DNA of 64,000 bases from contig NW_021833424.1 in NCBI RefSeq assembly GCF_006345805.1, forward strand, positions 1 to 64,000, written 5' to 3'. Shown here piece by piece: positions 11,733-24,839 of the stretch. Within the stretch, counting starts at the first letter, position 1; each line of letters begins with the position of its first letter. Source of the DNA: Octopus sinensis (taxonomy: Eukaryota). The notes beneath the pieces are model-generated. The model made no database searches. It was not told the origin of the DNA and saw only the letters and a program-made list of their open reading frames with translations. Made by a program: the position numbers and the translations under genes.

Positions 11733-13704
11733 GGGCAGAGAGAGAAGCCAGGGCCATAGAGAATATTAAAACAAACCCTAAAGCTTTCTTTAAATTTGCG
11801 AAAGAAACCACCTCGGTACACTGCAAGATTGGCCCACTCTTTGATAAAAAAAGGGCTCTCTAACTGAGGACCCCCAAGGGATAAGTGAAATACTAAAGGA
11901 ACAGTATAAAAGTGTGTTCACATCCCCTCTGGGGCACATGCAAATCACAAACCCAGAAGTTTTCTTTGATGCCACAACACTCCAAAACCAAACAACAACC
12001 ATCGACCACATAGACATAACAGAGAGGGATGTAATATCTGCCATAGAAGAAATGAGAATAAACTCAGCTGCTGGACCAGATGGATTCCCAGCAGTCCTCC
12101 TAAAAACATGCAGGCATGCCCTAGCGGGACCACTGAAGAAGCTCTTCAGTGGTTCCTTGGCTAACGGTAAACTGCCCAGGGCGCTAAAAGAAGGCACCAT
12201 ATGCCCTATCCACAAAGGAGGGAGTAGAGCAGAGGCCAAAAACTACAGGCCAGTCTCCCTGACGTCACACATAAGTAAGGTCATGGAACGAATCATCAGA
12301 AAAAAAACTGATCACGTTCCTCGAAGAAACTAACCGTCTCACTGACACACAGCATGGCTTTCGCCCAGGAAGAAGCTGCCTTACGCAGCTGTTACAACAC
12401 TACGACTGGGTACTGAAACAACTACTGGATCGCTCACAGGTGGATGTGGTATATCTCGACTTTGCGAAGGCCTTGACAAAGTCGACCACGGAGTGATATG
12501 TCACAAATTACTCAGACTCGGCATAACAGGAAAAGTAGGTGAGTGGATACATGACTTCCTGAAGGACAGAAGCCAGATGGTTGCAGCCAATGGAGCCCTC
12601 TCGGGAAAGACACCATTAGCAAGCGGGGTGCCACAGGGCACAGTCTTGGGACCCTTGCTGTTTTTGGTGGCGCTCTCTGACATGCCCTTGGTAGCACAAA
12701 CAACATCCCTCACTAGCTATGCTGATGACACAAAGGTAGCACAGGCAATCAAAAACCCAGCTGATGCTGACCTTTTACAACAAGATCTGGATGCCATATA
12801 AAAATGGGCTGAAGACAACAACATGCAATTTAATGCTGGTAAATTTCAAGCCTTACAATATCAAGCTGTAAACACATATACATTACAACACAACTATACT
12901 GGTCCAGGAGGGATCGAAATCCCAGTATCGAAATCAATACGGGACCTGGGGATAGACATGAGTGACGATGCATCTTTTTCTTCACACATCGCCAAGGTGG
13001 CGACAATGTGCAGACGACTCACTGGCTGGATCCTGAGGACATTCCGGACAAGAGACTGCGAGACCATGTTGACACCATGGAGGACATTTGTCCTAAGCCG
13101 CCTGGACTACTGCTCCCAACTGTGGTCACCGCATAGTGTCAAACTAACCACAGAGCTTGAGACAATCCAAAGACATTTCACCAAGAGGATTTCCACCATG
13201 AAAGAAAAGAACTATGGGGAGAGGCTTAGGGAACTCAATTTGTACTCCTTGGAACGAAGACGAGAGAGATATGCAGTGATATACATATGGAAAATCCTGG
13301 AGGGACTAGCACCAAATTTTGGAATTGAGAGCTGTTCCAATCCCCGTACAGGACGTCACGGTGTGGTGCCAAAGGTCCCGTCTTCCACATCCAGGGTAAG
13401 GAGCAGATACTGTAATAGCCTGGGGTTCAGGGGCCCTCAGCTGTTCAACAAACTGCCAAGAAAACTAAGAGATCTACATGATGCGGATGTGGACATTTTC
13501 AAAAGACATCTAGACAAGCTGCTTTCCGGGATCCCAGATGAACCCACTGCAAGGTACGAAGGTAATCTAAGGGCAGCAGCTACAAACTCTCTCTTAGATC
13601 AGTGGCCAGCCACGGCAAACTGGACTTAGAGAGGGTAGCAACAAGGGCGGTGCCCCAGCATGGCCTCAGCCAGATGGCTGAAACAGGTAAAGAGTAAAAG
13701 AGTA
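11733..13704 (+). mobile_element. 5'-truncated CR1/L2-group LINE, copy 2: RT, C-terminal domain and 3' UTR, inserted in (TA)n
   Basis: AAGPDGFP, NYRPVSLTS, YLDFAKA, SGVPQGTVLGPLLF, YADD (12718-12729), LDYCSQLWSP, LYSLERRRERY. Only a few frameshifts and one in-frame stop (12799). Tail ends GAGTAAAAGAGTA. Confidence 0.95.
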
Positions 13705-13729
13705 TATATATATATATATATATATATAT

Positions 13730-13868
13730 TTTTCTCTCTTTTACTCGTTTCAGTCATTTTGACTGCGGCCATGATGGAGCACCGCCTTTAATCGAGCAAC
13801 TCGACCCCGGGACTTATTCTTTGTAAGCCCAGAGTACTTATTCTATCGGTCTCTTTTGCCGAACCGCT
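13730..13868 (-). mobile_element. SINE family B, 3' fragment
   Basis: tttcagtcattttgactgcggccatgatggagcaccgcc matches the family tail. Confidence 0.85.
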
Positions 13869-13877
13869 GTAATATAA

Positions 13878-13966
<89 letters not shown>

Positions 13967-13974
13967 ATGTATTA

Positions 13975-14510
13975 TATTTTATTTTCAGTTTCAGCCAGAT
14001 GTTGTGGCCATGCTGGAGCGCCGTCATTAGTGCTCATGCTTGCTTATTTTAAACTCATTTACTGGCCTTGTCTCCGAAATTGGTTCTGATGAAATAGTAA
14101 GTTGAACAAAGGCGCCTATTTTTATGTTCTTTGCCATAATGTGGATTTATTTGCTATATTAGACAAAAAAAGTTGTTGGACACATCCACATCTACACCAC
14201 ATAAATCTCTGTGGTCTTTTGATAATATTTTGAAAAGCTGTGGGCGTTTGAAGCTTAATCTTCTACAGTATTGGGTCCGTACTCAGAATAGATAGAACAA
14301 GATTTTGGGTGTTATACAATGACGTTGGGTCCGGCGACTAACTTGGCCTGTAAATCCCAAACTTGAGTGCTGCTCATTCCAGGATCTTCCATATATATGT
14401 TGCTGCATGTTTTTCACGTTTTCTCTCCAGAAAGTAAACCCTCAGCTCTTTTAGCTTCTCCCGGTTGTCTCTCTTTTGCATTCAGGCAATTTTCTTGTTA
14501 TAGTTCACAA
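13975..14510 (-). mobile_element. Same LINE family, copy 4: 3' fragment with tail
   Basis: Minus translation EKLKELRVYFLERKREKHAATYIWKILE resembles copy 2 ERLRELNLYSLERRRERYAVIYIWKILE. Tail ggcgctccagcatggccacaacatctggctgaaac at 13988-14023. Confidence 0.8.
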
Positions 14511-15234
14511 TGAAAATGCCTATCTGTGTATGCATATTTTATTAAAATTTATCTTTAGTACCCAGAAACCCTGACAGGGCCTCGACGACTGGCTAGAGAG
14601 GAAGGTAGACTCAACCAGTGACCCACCCAAAATATCTGCAACTTAAAGACCTCTATTCAAGGCACCCAGGTACCAGGCAATGCAGTTAAATCTGGTGACA
14701 AATTAATTAAATCTACCCGCCAAGGGCGCCTGGAAAAATTTGAACTCAGGATAAATATATACGACAAAGAATCTCTCGGAATTTCTTAGAGTTCTGCCAA
14801 AGCACCGCCATGGACGAGATCTTTATTTTTTATTTATGTTCTTTTTTTTAGCAATATGCAATGGACGAAAGGAGAATTGACGTCGGTGGGATTTGAACTT
14901 GGAAGGCAGAGACTCGAGACAAATAGCGTGAGGTATTCTATCCGATTCTCCGCGATTATCAGTGTGTCTTTAAAAAGAATAAAATTACATGATTTTGTAA
15001 ATGAAATCCCTTGAGATATTAGTTCAGTAGTGAGGCAAAAATGTTCTGTTTCACTCTGTCGCCGTCAAGAATGGGGTAAGTCAATGACTAGACTAAACTG
15101 GAACCAATCACTCTAACGTTCACCAATCGCCATACGAAAGACAAAAATAAGCAGCGGGAGTGTGAAAATCACGCAGAATGCAAAATGTTCAAAATAGGAT
15201 AAAAGTATTTCTAAAACAAACCCGAACTTAAGGG

Positions 15235-15600
15235 TTATGAGCTGGCTGAATCTAAGCATCCCAGGAAAAATGGTTTGGCAGTATTTCGTCTGCCGATACG
15301 TTCTGAGTTCAAATTCCGCCGAGGTCGACTTTGCCTTTCATCCTTTCGGGGTCGATTAAATAAGTACCAGTTACGCACTTGAGTCGATATAACCGATTTA
15401 ATCCGTTTGCCTGTCCTTGTTTGTTCTCTCTGTGTTTAGCCCCTTGTGGGTAGTAAATAAATAGGTATTTCGTCTGCCGCTAAGTTCTGAGTTCAAATTC
15501 CGCCGAAGTCGACAATGACTTTCGTCGATAAAATAAGTATGAGTAGAACTCTGGGCCGATGCAATTGACTTACTCCACCACTGAGACTGCTGGTCTTGTA
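15235..15600 (+). mobile_element. SINE family A, head plus about two body units
   Basis: gtatttcgtctgcc..ctgagttcaaattccgccga occurs twice. Confidence 0.8.
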
Positions 15601-16121
15601 CCAAATTCGAAACCAATAGAAAGCGAGCTTTTTTTTTAATAATTATGCTGCTTTGTCAGTATTAGATGAATTAATTTGAATATCAGAACTGTCAGAGGGC
15701 GGAGGGGAAGATCGAAAAATTACAAATGAGAAGTGTTTGTTGTTTAAAACAAAAAAGATAAAAACGAGGTGGGTGGGGCAAAAACAAACAGTAACGCATT
15801 TCTAAATGTTTGGATTTCATTTGTAGCGAAGCAATAACCGGAAATATGTAATAAAATCCAAAAGAGTGTGTTGGGTGAGTCAGAAATTTGAGGAGACATT
15901 AGTCTGTTCTTTACTGTACAGCACTGAAGTAGAGGCTGAGTAAAGTATTAAGTGCTGCAAGATGGTCTTGGCTCATTTAGGGATAAAGAGAACAGATAGG
16001 AGAAATATTTTTTTTTTACAATAGAGTCCTTTCAAATCACAATCAGTCTCGGAGTCAGCGATTTCGAGCGGATTGTCCTTCACTTTCTCTGTGATTCTAC
16101 CACACCACATTTTATCTGACC

Positions 16122-16421
16122 GTGGAGTATATATGATAATGTGGAGTATATATGATAATGTGGATATATATAATAATGTGGATATATATGATAATGTGGA
16201 GTATATATGATAATGTGGATATATATGATAATGTGGATATATATGATAATGTGGAGTATATATGATAATGTGGATATATATGATAATGTGGAGTATATAA
16301 TATAATGTGGATATATATAATAATGTGGATATATATGATAATGTGGAGTATATATGATAATGTGGATATATATGATAATGGGGATATATATGATAATGTG
16401 GATATATATGACAATGGGGAT
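16122..16421. repeat. 18/19-bp minisatellite GTGGA(G)TATATATGATAAT, about 16 copies
   Basis: Directly visible tandem array with two length variants. Confidence 0.95.
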
Positions 16422-16615
16422 AAGTAACCAGTACTAATACGATTTTCGTTTCATCGCGTCGCTGTTTCAGTGTTTAATGATTTCACTGCAACAGGAAAAG
16501 ATACGATATACCACATGTGAGAGTATGAAGCTTGCCTACTCTAAAATTACTCGAGGCACAACGCATGGCACAACAGTGCTCCTCCTGCTATATTTAAGAA
16601 GTTAAAGGGTAAAGG

Positions 16616-16910
16616 TGTGGAGGCACATGGCCTAGTGGTCAGAGCAGCGGACTCGCGGTCGAGGTATCGCGGGTTCGAATCTCAGACCGGGCGATGTGTG
16701 TGTTTATGAGAGAAACGCCTAAGCTCTACGCAGCTCCGGTAGAAGGTAATGATGAACTTCTGCTGACTCTTTCGCAACGACTTTCTTTCATTCTTTCCAC
16801 CTACATCTAGCAGCTCACCTGTGACGGACCGGCGTCCTGTCCAGGTGGGGAACCTACACACCAATGAAACTGGGAAACCAGCCCCGTTGAGCCAGACATG
16901 GCTCGAGAAG
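16616..16910 (+). mobile_element. tRNA-derived SINE (C-related head, different body)
   Basis: A box tggcctagtggtcagagc, B box gggttcgaatc. Related fragments at 41620-41800 and 45800-45990. Confidence 0.7.
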
Positions 16911-17180
16911 GAACAAACAACAAAAGCAACAAAGGGTAAAGGTATGATTTATGATTTAATTTATGATAGGAAATAAATATACTCTCTTACGCATGCGCAG
17001 ATGTATTAAATTTAATATTTGAGTGTAATAAATATGGTGATCGCTCCATCTTGACGAGTAATTGTCACCTCCTTGTACTTCCTCATTACTCTTTTACTTC
17101 TTTCAGTCATGTGACTGTGGCCATACTGGAGCACCGCCTTTAGTCAAGCAAATCGACCCCAGGACTTATTCCTTGTTAAT

Positions 17181-17400
17181 GACATTCTTGTCTTTCCGTC
17201 CATGCCCTCTCAGATGACTGTTCAGTCCCATTGCAGATCTGCTTGGTTTGAAGCAAAGGTGACAAACAAAAGCTGTAACTTGCTGTGATCTTCCAACGGG
17301 TTAAGTCTGAACTGGTCGACACTGTTTCATCTTCTTATGGACTTCCAAATGGAACGACAAATGAAGTCACCATAAAGAGACATCTCTACATCATTTGATT
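17181..17400 (-). mobile_element. Probable RTE-type LINE 3' end with C2H2 zinc finger
   Basis: Minus translation FVCHLCFKPSRSAMGLNSHLRGHGRKDKNV (17181-17270), with a stop just upstream. Resembles the terminal CxxC..GLxSHxRxH finger of RTE-clade ORFs. Confidence 0.55.
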
Positions 17401-18843
17401 ATAGGGATAAACACTTGTACAACACAAGTCCCACTCTCGGAGTCACCACGCAGTCAGTACTTAGTGATCGGCCTAAATACGCGCCTAATGCCATGTCAGC
17501 TTTGGAATATTCTTGATGCTTGAGATGATCTCCCATTCTTAACAGGAGCTGTTTTTAATTGGTATTTGGTAATTATAATATATCCTCCAGAGTAGTGGTT
17601 CCCAGCCATTTCATATCTATGGATCCCTTTCATTACTATTTTATTGCGGTGGATCCCCTTATTCCCTTGTTTTATAGAGACTTCTTTCTAAATTCTCATT
17701 TTGTTTATCACGCATTCACTTTATGTAGATTTGTTTACTGAGAGAACATGTTTCGGTTACCGGAAACATGCTCGACTCTGTTGAACATTCAAGAAACAAA
17801 ATCAGCTGTTTCTTGCGATTGACACCTCAAAAGCAACATCTTTTTCGTGGACTCTTAAGATGTTACTATGGTTCCCCAATTTACCATCTTATTCGTATGG
17901 GCCCCAGAAATCTTATGTGAAGCCCCAGCAGCCATATCAACCCCATTTGAGAACTACGACTCTTTAGACAATAATAGTTTTAATAACCCAGAATTCATGT
18001 TGCATGTCATTTGATACACCTGTATCAATTTCTGTTGTTCAAAATACGTTTTACTGGCCAAGTAATTTTTTAATTGATCATTTTTGATTGAATTATGCAA
18101 ATTACCTTCTTAGAATTTGTAAAAGTCAAAGAACCATTGTTTCTTTATTGCCCACAAGGGGCGCACATAGATGGGACAATACAAAACGTATGGGACATAT
18201 AACAAAATTCCAATTATGACAATATGAACGAAAAATGAAAATGGAAAATGGAAATACTCGCCACAATTACGAGCAGCCCCATTTTCTGATCCATTTTAAA
18301 CCCTGATCCTTCCAAAATATCAAAGCCCGTTTCTTCCAGTAGTCGATCATAAGTTGTGTAACTTGGAAGTAAGACCCATGGTTAGTCTATGTGTGTGTGT
18401 ACATAATTTGTGTGTGTGTGAGTTTTGTGTATGTGTATAATTTGTGTGTGTGCGTGTGTTTAATTAAACTACATGTCATACGAAAATAATCTACAGAAAT
18501 CCGCTTTTGAAACGATCAAAATAAACTCTGTTTGCCTGAAGAGTGTGTATGTGTGTGCATGAAACAGAGAGCATGTGGCGACACGTTTATGCCTGTATAT
18601 AATTAAATATTAAACGCTTATTTAACCGACCAAGACAATGTGTCTATATATATATAAAAATAAATATATATATATAGTCGCAGGAGTGGCTGTGTGGTAA
18701 GTAGCTTGCTTACCAACTACATGGTTCCGGGTTCAGTCCCACCGCGTGGCATCACGGGCAAGTGCCTCCTAGTATGGCCTCGGGCCGACCAAAGCCTTGT
18801 GAGTGGATTTGGTAGACGGAAACTGAAAGAAGCCTGTCGTATA

Positions 18844-18891
<48 letters not shown>

Positions 18892-18992
18892 GGAGTAAAC
18901 ACATAAATGTGAAACAAGGTGGAAAAAAGAGTACTCAAATATCAGTGGTAGAGTAATATGCTTTATTTTAAGCAGCAGAAAATTCAACAAAT

Positions 18993-19030
18993 CTGTTACT
19001 CTGAGTTTCTCGTTGCCGTTCATCAGACAG
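18993..19030 (-). ncRNA. Type-I hammerhead ribozyme motif (inverted twin of 19044-19081)
   Basis: Exact reverse complement of the plus-strand motif. Confidence 0.75.
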
Positions 19031-19043
19031 TTTTTGCTAGAAA

Positions 19044-19081
19044 CTGTCTGATGAACGGCAACGAGAAACTCAGAGTAACAG
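19044..19081 (+). ncRNA. Type-I hammerhead ribozyme motif
   Basis: CTGT-CTGATGA-A-CG-GCAA-CG-A-GAAA-CTC-A-GAGTA|ACAG. Stem I CUGU/ACAG, GNRA-capped stem II, quasi-palindromic stem III, GUA triplet. Confidence 0.75.
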
Positions 19082-20008
19082 ATTTTGTTGAATTTTCTGC
19101 TGCTTAAAATAAAGTATATATATGCGTGTGTGTGTGTTTGTATCTGTGTTTGCCCCCCTAGCATTGCTTGACAACCGATGCTGGTGTGTTTATGTCCCCG
19201 TTACTTAGCGGTTCGGCAAAAGAGACCGATAGAATAAGTACTGGGCTTACAAAAGAATAAGTCCCGGGGTCGAGTTGCTCGATTAAAGGCGATGCTCCGG
19301 CATGGCTGCAACTGAAACAAGTAAAATAGTAAATATATATATACATATGTAAATACGTACATACATACACATATGTGTGTGTGTGTGTGTGTATTAGACA
19401 TGCATGCATTTTAATTATTCATGGACATGTCTCTAGCAAACTGCTTATGTCCAATTGTTATGTGTCTGCTTGTGTGTTTGTTTCGAAGACTGAATAAAAG
19501 CAGCCATATTCGTATATATTTTCTTGTTATGCATATAACAAACCATGTCTATATATCTGTACGTATAGAATCTTCTTGTCTTTTCCCATATTCTTCCATG
19601 AAATCTATAAAGTCTGAAGTCTTTGAAAATCTCTGACGTTAAAGCTGCCATTTTAGAAGATTCGTCGCAACTATCCGAAGCAGTTGCAACCAGATAAAAA
19701 TCTTGTTTTTACATATTTTTTCGCAGTCTCTGATTCTGTCCTATCAGGAAGCACAGCTATCTTGCATATCTTCACTAATACCACGTCGCTTGGCTGCTAC
19801 TCATATATATTTAGTTCACACTCTAAAAACTGGCAGCGCAGATATGCGTTTAAACACTTAAGCAAGCAGATGTGTGTGCATAGGCGTGTGTGTTGTACAG
19901 AATATATATATATATCTACGCAGACTTAAATACAAAGGCATATAAACGGATGCACGAATGTAATACATATATGTATATACATATACATACTTATCTATGT
20001 ATATACAG

Positions 20009-20039
<31 letters not shown>

Positions 20040-20126
20040 ATTATGTATATATATTCACATACATATATACATATACGTATGTATATATGTATTTAATTTA
20101 TTATATCTAAGTATATATATATATTC

Positions 20127-20189
<63 letters not shown>

Positions 20190-20190
20190 G

Positions 20191-20221
<31 letters not shown>

Positions 20222-20603
20222 GCATGCATGTATGTATGTATATATATATTATATATATATATATATACACACACACATAAGTGTATATATAAATATATAT
20301 ATATGTATATGTATCAACATTTATATGCATGTAACTGCAGATACATGAGAACATGTATGTATTTATGTATGTATATACAAACACACATACACATATACGT
20401 TATACATCACATACCTATATACTCACACACACACATATATATAGAACGAGAGAGACATACATGTTCGTATACACATATACATATACACATATATACATAT
20501 GCACACATACATATACGCATACATACATACATACCTACATACAAACATACATACATGCATGCATGCATGCATGCATACATACATACATACATACATACAT
20601 ACA

Positions 20604-20637
<34 letters not shown>

Positions 20638-20739
20638 CACATATTTATTCAACATCTTTCATTCCTTGATATGAATTTTGATCATTAAACCATCAATCCA
20701 TACAAATTCTCCATCTTCACTACCAACACCAACACCGCG

Positions 20740-20803
<64 letters not shown>

Positions 20804-21257
20804 GTTTAACCATTACTGTATACATTTTAGTTCCATCTCTGTCCTCCTCAGAGAGCCTCTTCTATCCCCAATCATTGCATTCGAAATAACGTTGAAAGTT
20901 GCAACATTTCAAAATCTTCAATATTGATTTTCATTTCTAAAAATATTTAAAAAAATAAAAGATTTAAAAAGATAAACATGTTTATTTATCTATTTATCTA
21001 TATATTTATTTATTTATTTCTGTTTGTCTTTTTTTCTTCCCTTACTTTCTTTGTCAATTTCTTCCTGATATCTTTCCCTTCTTTCACAAGAAACCTTCTT
21101 TAGAATCTATAACATTATATATCTGGTTGATAAATGATGCACACTTTCCGAGTTTTCCCAATTGCTTATATTTATCTATCCAGAAATCTATCTATCAGTC
21201 TTTATATGTCAGTCTGTCTACTACGCTAACCATATATCAGTCTATCTACCGATCACA

Positions 21258-21288
<31 letters not shown>

Positions 21289-21596
21289 ACAATATTAACC
21301 AAGGTTACCGCGGTCCTTAACGTAGGCTTTTCTTCCCACGGATAAACCTTACTTGTTTTCCCCTTTACACCATACATCATAACACGATTTTTTTCCCCCT
21401 TTTTTTTGTTCCCTCCCTTTTTTTGTTCTTCTTTTTTCCCTTTTACGATCCCTTTTGATCGAAAACTTACGCCACCTTTTTTTCTTTTGTTTTTTGCTTT
21501 TTTCATCCCCCAAAAGAAAAGCTCTACCTTGTAACTTGTCCCATCTGTGTGCAAACCTGTGTGGCCAATAAAGAAACTTATCTATCTATTTATCTA

Positions 21597-21672
<76 letters not shown>

Positions 21673-21722
21673 TATATATTTATATATATATAAATGTAAC
21701 CCTTCTTTTGGACTCTCCTCTA

Positions 21723-21755
21723 TTTCTGAAGAAGAGCTTTGTTCGAAACGTCAAA
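21723..21755 (+). ncRNA. Minimal type-I hammerhead ribozyme motif
   Basis: TTT-CTGAAGA-A-GAGC-TTT-GTTC-GAAAC-GTC|AAA. Intact core and GUC triplet, but stem I is only 3 bp. Confidence 0.6.
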
Positions 21756-21908
21756 CGCTCTTTCTTTCCTTTCCTGAGCGTCTGATAACACAGTACTTGT
21801 ACCACGTCCTCTCGTTGTTGTTTTATCATGTTTGTTCTTCTTTCTTTGGACTCACTATATATATATATATATACACAGGGTCAGGCGCAAACATAGTTAT
21901 ACAGTAAG

Positions 21909-22326
21909 TACTCTTTACTCTTTTACTCTTTTACTTGTTTCAGTCATTTGACTGCGGCCATGCTGGAGCACCGCCTTTAATCGAGCAACTCGACCCCGGG
22001 ACTTATTCTTTTGTAAGCCCAGTACTTATTCTATCGGTCTCTGTTGCCGAACCGCTAAGTAACGGGGACATAAACACACCAGCATCGGTTGTCAAGCAAT
22101 GCTAGGGGGACAAACACACTCACACAAACACACATATGCATATATATATATATACATATATACGACGGGCTTCTTTCAGTTTCCGTCTACCAAATCCACT
22201 CACAAGGCTTTGGTCGGCCCGAGGCTATAGTAGAAGACACTTGCCCAAGGTGCCACGCAGTGGGACTGAACCCGGAACCATGTGGTTGGTAAACAAGCTA
22301 CTTACCACACAGCCACTCCTGCGCCT
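21909..22326 (-). mobile_element. SINE family B, full length
   Basis: tRNA-like head aggcgcaggagtggctgtgtggtaag..gggttcagtccc, MIR-CORE-like gcaccttgggcaagtg, internal microsatellite, GAGTAAAA tail repeats. Confidence 0.9.
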
Positions 22327-22628
22327 ATCTCCTAAGTATCTCATAAATGTTATAATATTTAATTGATTAAAATCATTAACACGTTAAATTAGTTTTAGAC
22401 TCATTTTTGATATTTTCAGTGTCATTAATCGTAATAATATATTTATCATAACTATAATAATGCTTTTTCATTACTTTTTCATAAAAATGAATAAGTATTG
22501 CAAACGTTTTCTTTTTCTTTCTTTTTCATAACTGTATACCTACTTTTGCACAACCCTGTACATATATTTATTTGTCTCTCGGTATGTTTGTTACTCTGTT
22601 AACCTGTCTAGTAATGTGTGTGTGTGTA

Positions 22629-22665
<37 letters not shown>

Positions 22666-22789
22666 GGAAGAGAGAGAGAGAGCGAAATAGTGCGTGTGTG
22701 TGCGTTTAATTGAATTTCTCACCAGTGGAGTAAAAAGCCAGTTTCTATCGTAATACATATTTTCATTGAAATGTATACGTGAAAATCTT

Positions 22790-23151
22790 GTATGTATGTA
22801 TGTATGTATGTATGTATGTATGTATGTATGTATGTGTGTGTGTGTATGTATGTATGTATGTATGTGTGTATGTATTTATGTATGTATGTGTGTATGTATG
22901 TATGTATGTATGTATGTATGTGTGTATGTATGTATGTATGTATGTGTGTGTGTATGCATATATGTATGTATGCATGTATGTATGTATGTATGTATGTATG
23001 CATGTATGTATGTATGTATGTATGTGTGTATGTATGTATGTATGTATGTATGTATGTATGTATGTGTGTGTGTATGTATGTATGTATGTATGTGTGTGTG
23101 TGTATGTATGTATGTATGTATGTATTATGTATGTATGTGTGTGTATGTATG

Positions 23152-23185
<34 letters not shown>

Positions 23186-23309
23186 TGTGTGTATGTATGT
23201 ATGTATGTGTGTGTATGTATGTATGTATGTATGTATGTATGTGTGTATGTATGTATGTATGTATGTATGTATGTATGCATGTATGTATGGATGTATGCAT
23301 GTATGTATG

Positions 23310-23343
<34 letters not shown>

Positions 23344-23350
23344 TGTATGA
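22790..23350. repeat. Long (TATG)n/(TG)n microsatellite; continues at 23940-24600
   Basis: Directly visible; source of the MYVC/HTYI ORFs. Confidence 0.95.
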
Positions 23351-23354
23351 ATGA

Positions 23355-23930
23355 GGTCTTCACTGGTACATTCCACCAGTATTCTTTTCATTATGAGTGG
23401 CTATAGTTTTACCATACTGTGGGTTCTTATTTCTTTATCCTTCCGACGGATTTCATTATAGAGTGTCCTAGCTACAACATCATGTCTCATCGGTAGATAA
23501 AACCGTGATGACATTTTCGGACAACTGCTTATGATGTGGGTGATATCTTCAGTGTGAACTCCACAAAGTCTGCATTGGTTGTCACATTTTACGGCTTTTC
23601 CTGCACCTGTTTCCCTTTTGTGCATCAGGTATTTGGTTGATATTTCCTATTCCCGGATTGCAAACACATACCCTTCAAAATGAGAGAAAGTAATCTGGCT
23701 ATTGGTCCGTGATAAACTGTTTTGACGATCGATGTTACAATCAACTCGGAGCTTTCTACTAACATATCCATGCATGGTTTTCTGCTCATACAGGTTTATC
23801 CTTTCATCTAATGATACATTGCGGTAGGTAATCAAACAAAGAGTGTTGCTCAAGGAGCTGCCTTCCAAGTCTGATGATGTTATCAGCCCCATGTATGCAA
23901 ACTTGGTCAAGGGTTGCACTTCGACACTTG
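23355..23930 (-). mobile_element. RLE-type (R4/Dong-like) non-LTR retrotransposon fragment with CCHC knuckle
   Basis: EGYVFAIRE(QEI) and CRLCGVHTEDITHIISSCPKMSSRFYLPMRHDVVARTLY. Confidence 0.85.
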
Positions 23931-24292
23931 TTGGTTATGTATGTATTGGATGTATGTATGTTTGAATGTATGTGTGTTTCTATATGTATGTATGTATGCA
24001 TCAATGTATATATGGATATGTGTGTGCTCCTATATATATGTATGTGTGTATGTGTGTATGAATGTATGTATGTACGTATGTATCTATGTATATATGTATG
24101 TATGTGTGTGTTTCAGTATGTATGCATGTATGCATGTATCAATATATGTATGTGTGTTTCTGTATGTATGTATGTATACATGTGTGTGTGTATACATGAA
24201 TATATGTATGTATGTATATACGTATGTATGTATGTATGTATGTATGTATGAATTAGTGTGTATGTGTGTATACATGAATATACGTATGTATG

Positions 24293-24326
<34 letters not shown>

Positions 24327-24504
24327 TGTATGTATATGTATGTATGTATGTATATATATATGTATGTATGTATGAATTAGTGTGTATGTATTCCATGTCT
24401 CTGTGCGTGTTTGTGTGTTTGTGTTCGTGTATATGTGCGTGAACAGGATGAGGTTACTGTTATATACACGCACACTCACGTGTGTGTGTGTGTGTGCGTG
24501 CATG

Positions 24505-24601
<97 letters not shown>

Positions 24602-24839
24602 ACAAGTAGATGAGTCAAGTAGTGCTTAGCTTAGTGCGGAGATGATATCGCTTAGAAAACTATCAGAATCACTTAAAACAACAACAATATTAGCGGCAAA
24701 TATCTGACACAGCGGCGACAGTTGCAACAAGGCAGAAGTATGTCAAACCGAATAACTTGAGATTACACAGTATTTAGATATTTACGAAGCTAGAAATGTG
24801 GAGGTCTGTGTGTCTTTCAATTTTTTCGTAGATCGATGG

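Larger units (their letters stand above)
18677..19325 (+). mobile_element. SINE family B with a nested fold-back insertion (18891-19119) in its internal microsatellite
   Basis: The 5' half (18677-18840) and 3' half (19120-19325) match 21909-22326. Confidence 0.85.

Noticed and set aside
16616-16690. Possible tRNA gene
   Set aside because: It has A/B boxes but no complete cloverleaf and continues into a SINE body; the same applies to the other SINE heads.
17181-17270. C2H2 finger as a host zinc-finger gene exon
   Set aside because: Single finger with no TGEKP linker, an upstream in-frame stop and a better fit to RTE C-termini.
22719-24629. ORFs of up to 214 aa (MYVC/HTYI repeats)
   Set aside because: These are translations of (TATG)n/(TG)n microsatellites that are open in several frames; only the embedded RLE fragment is real.
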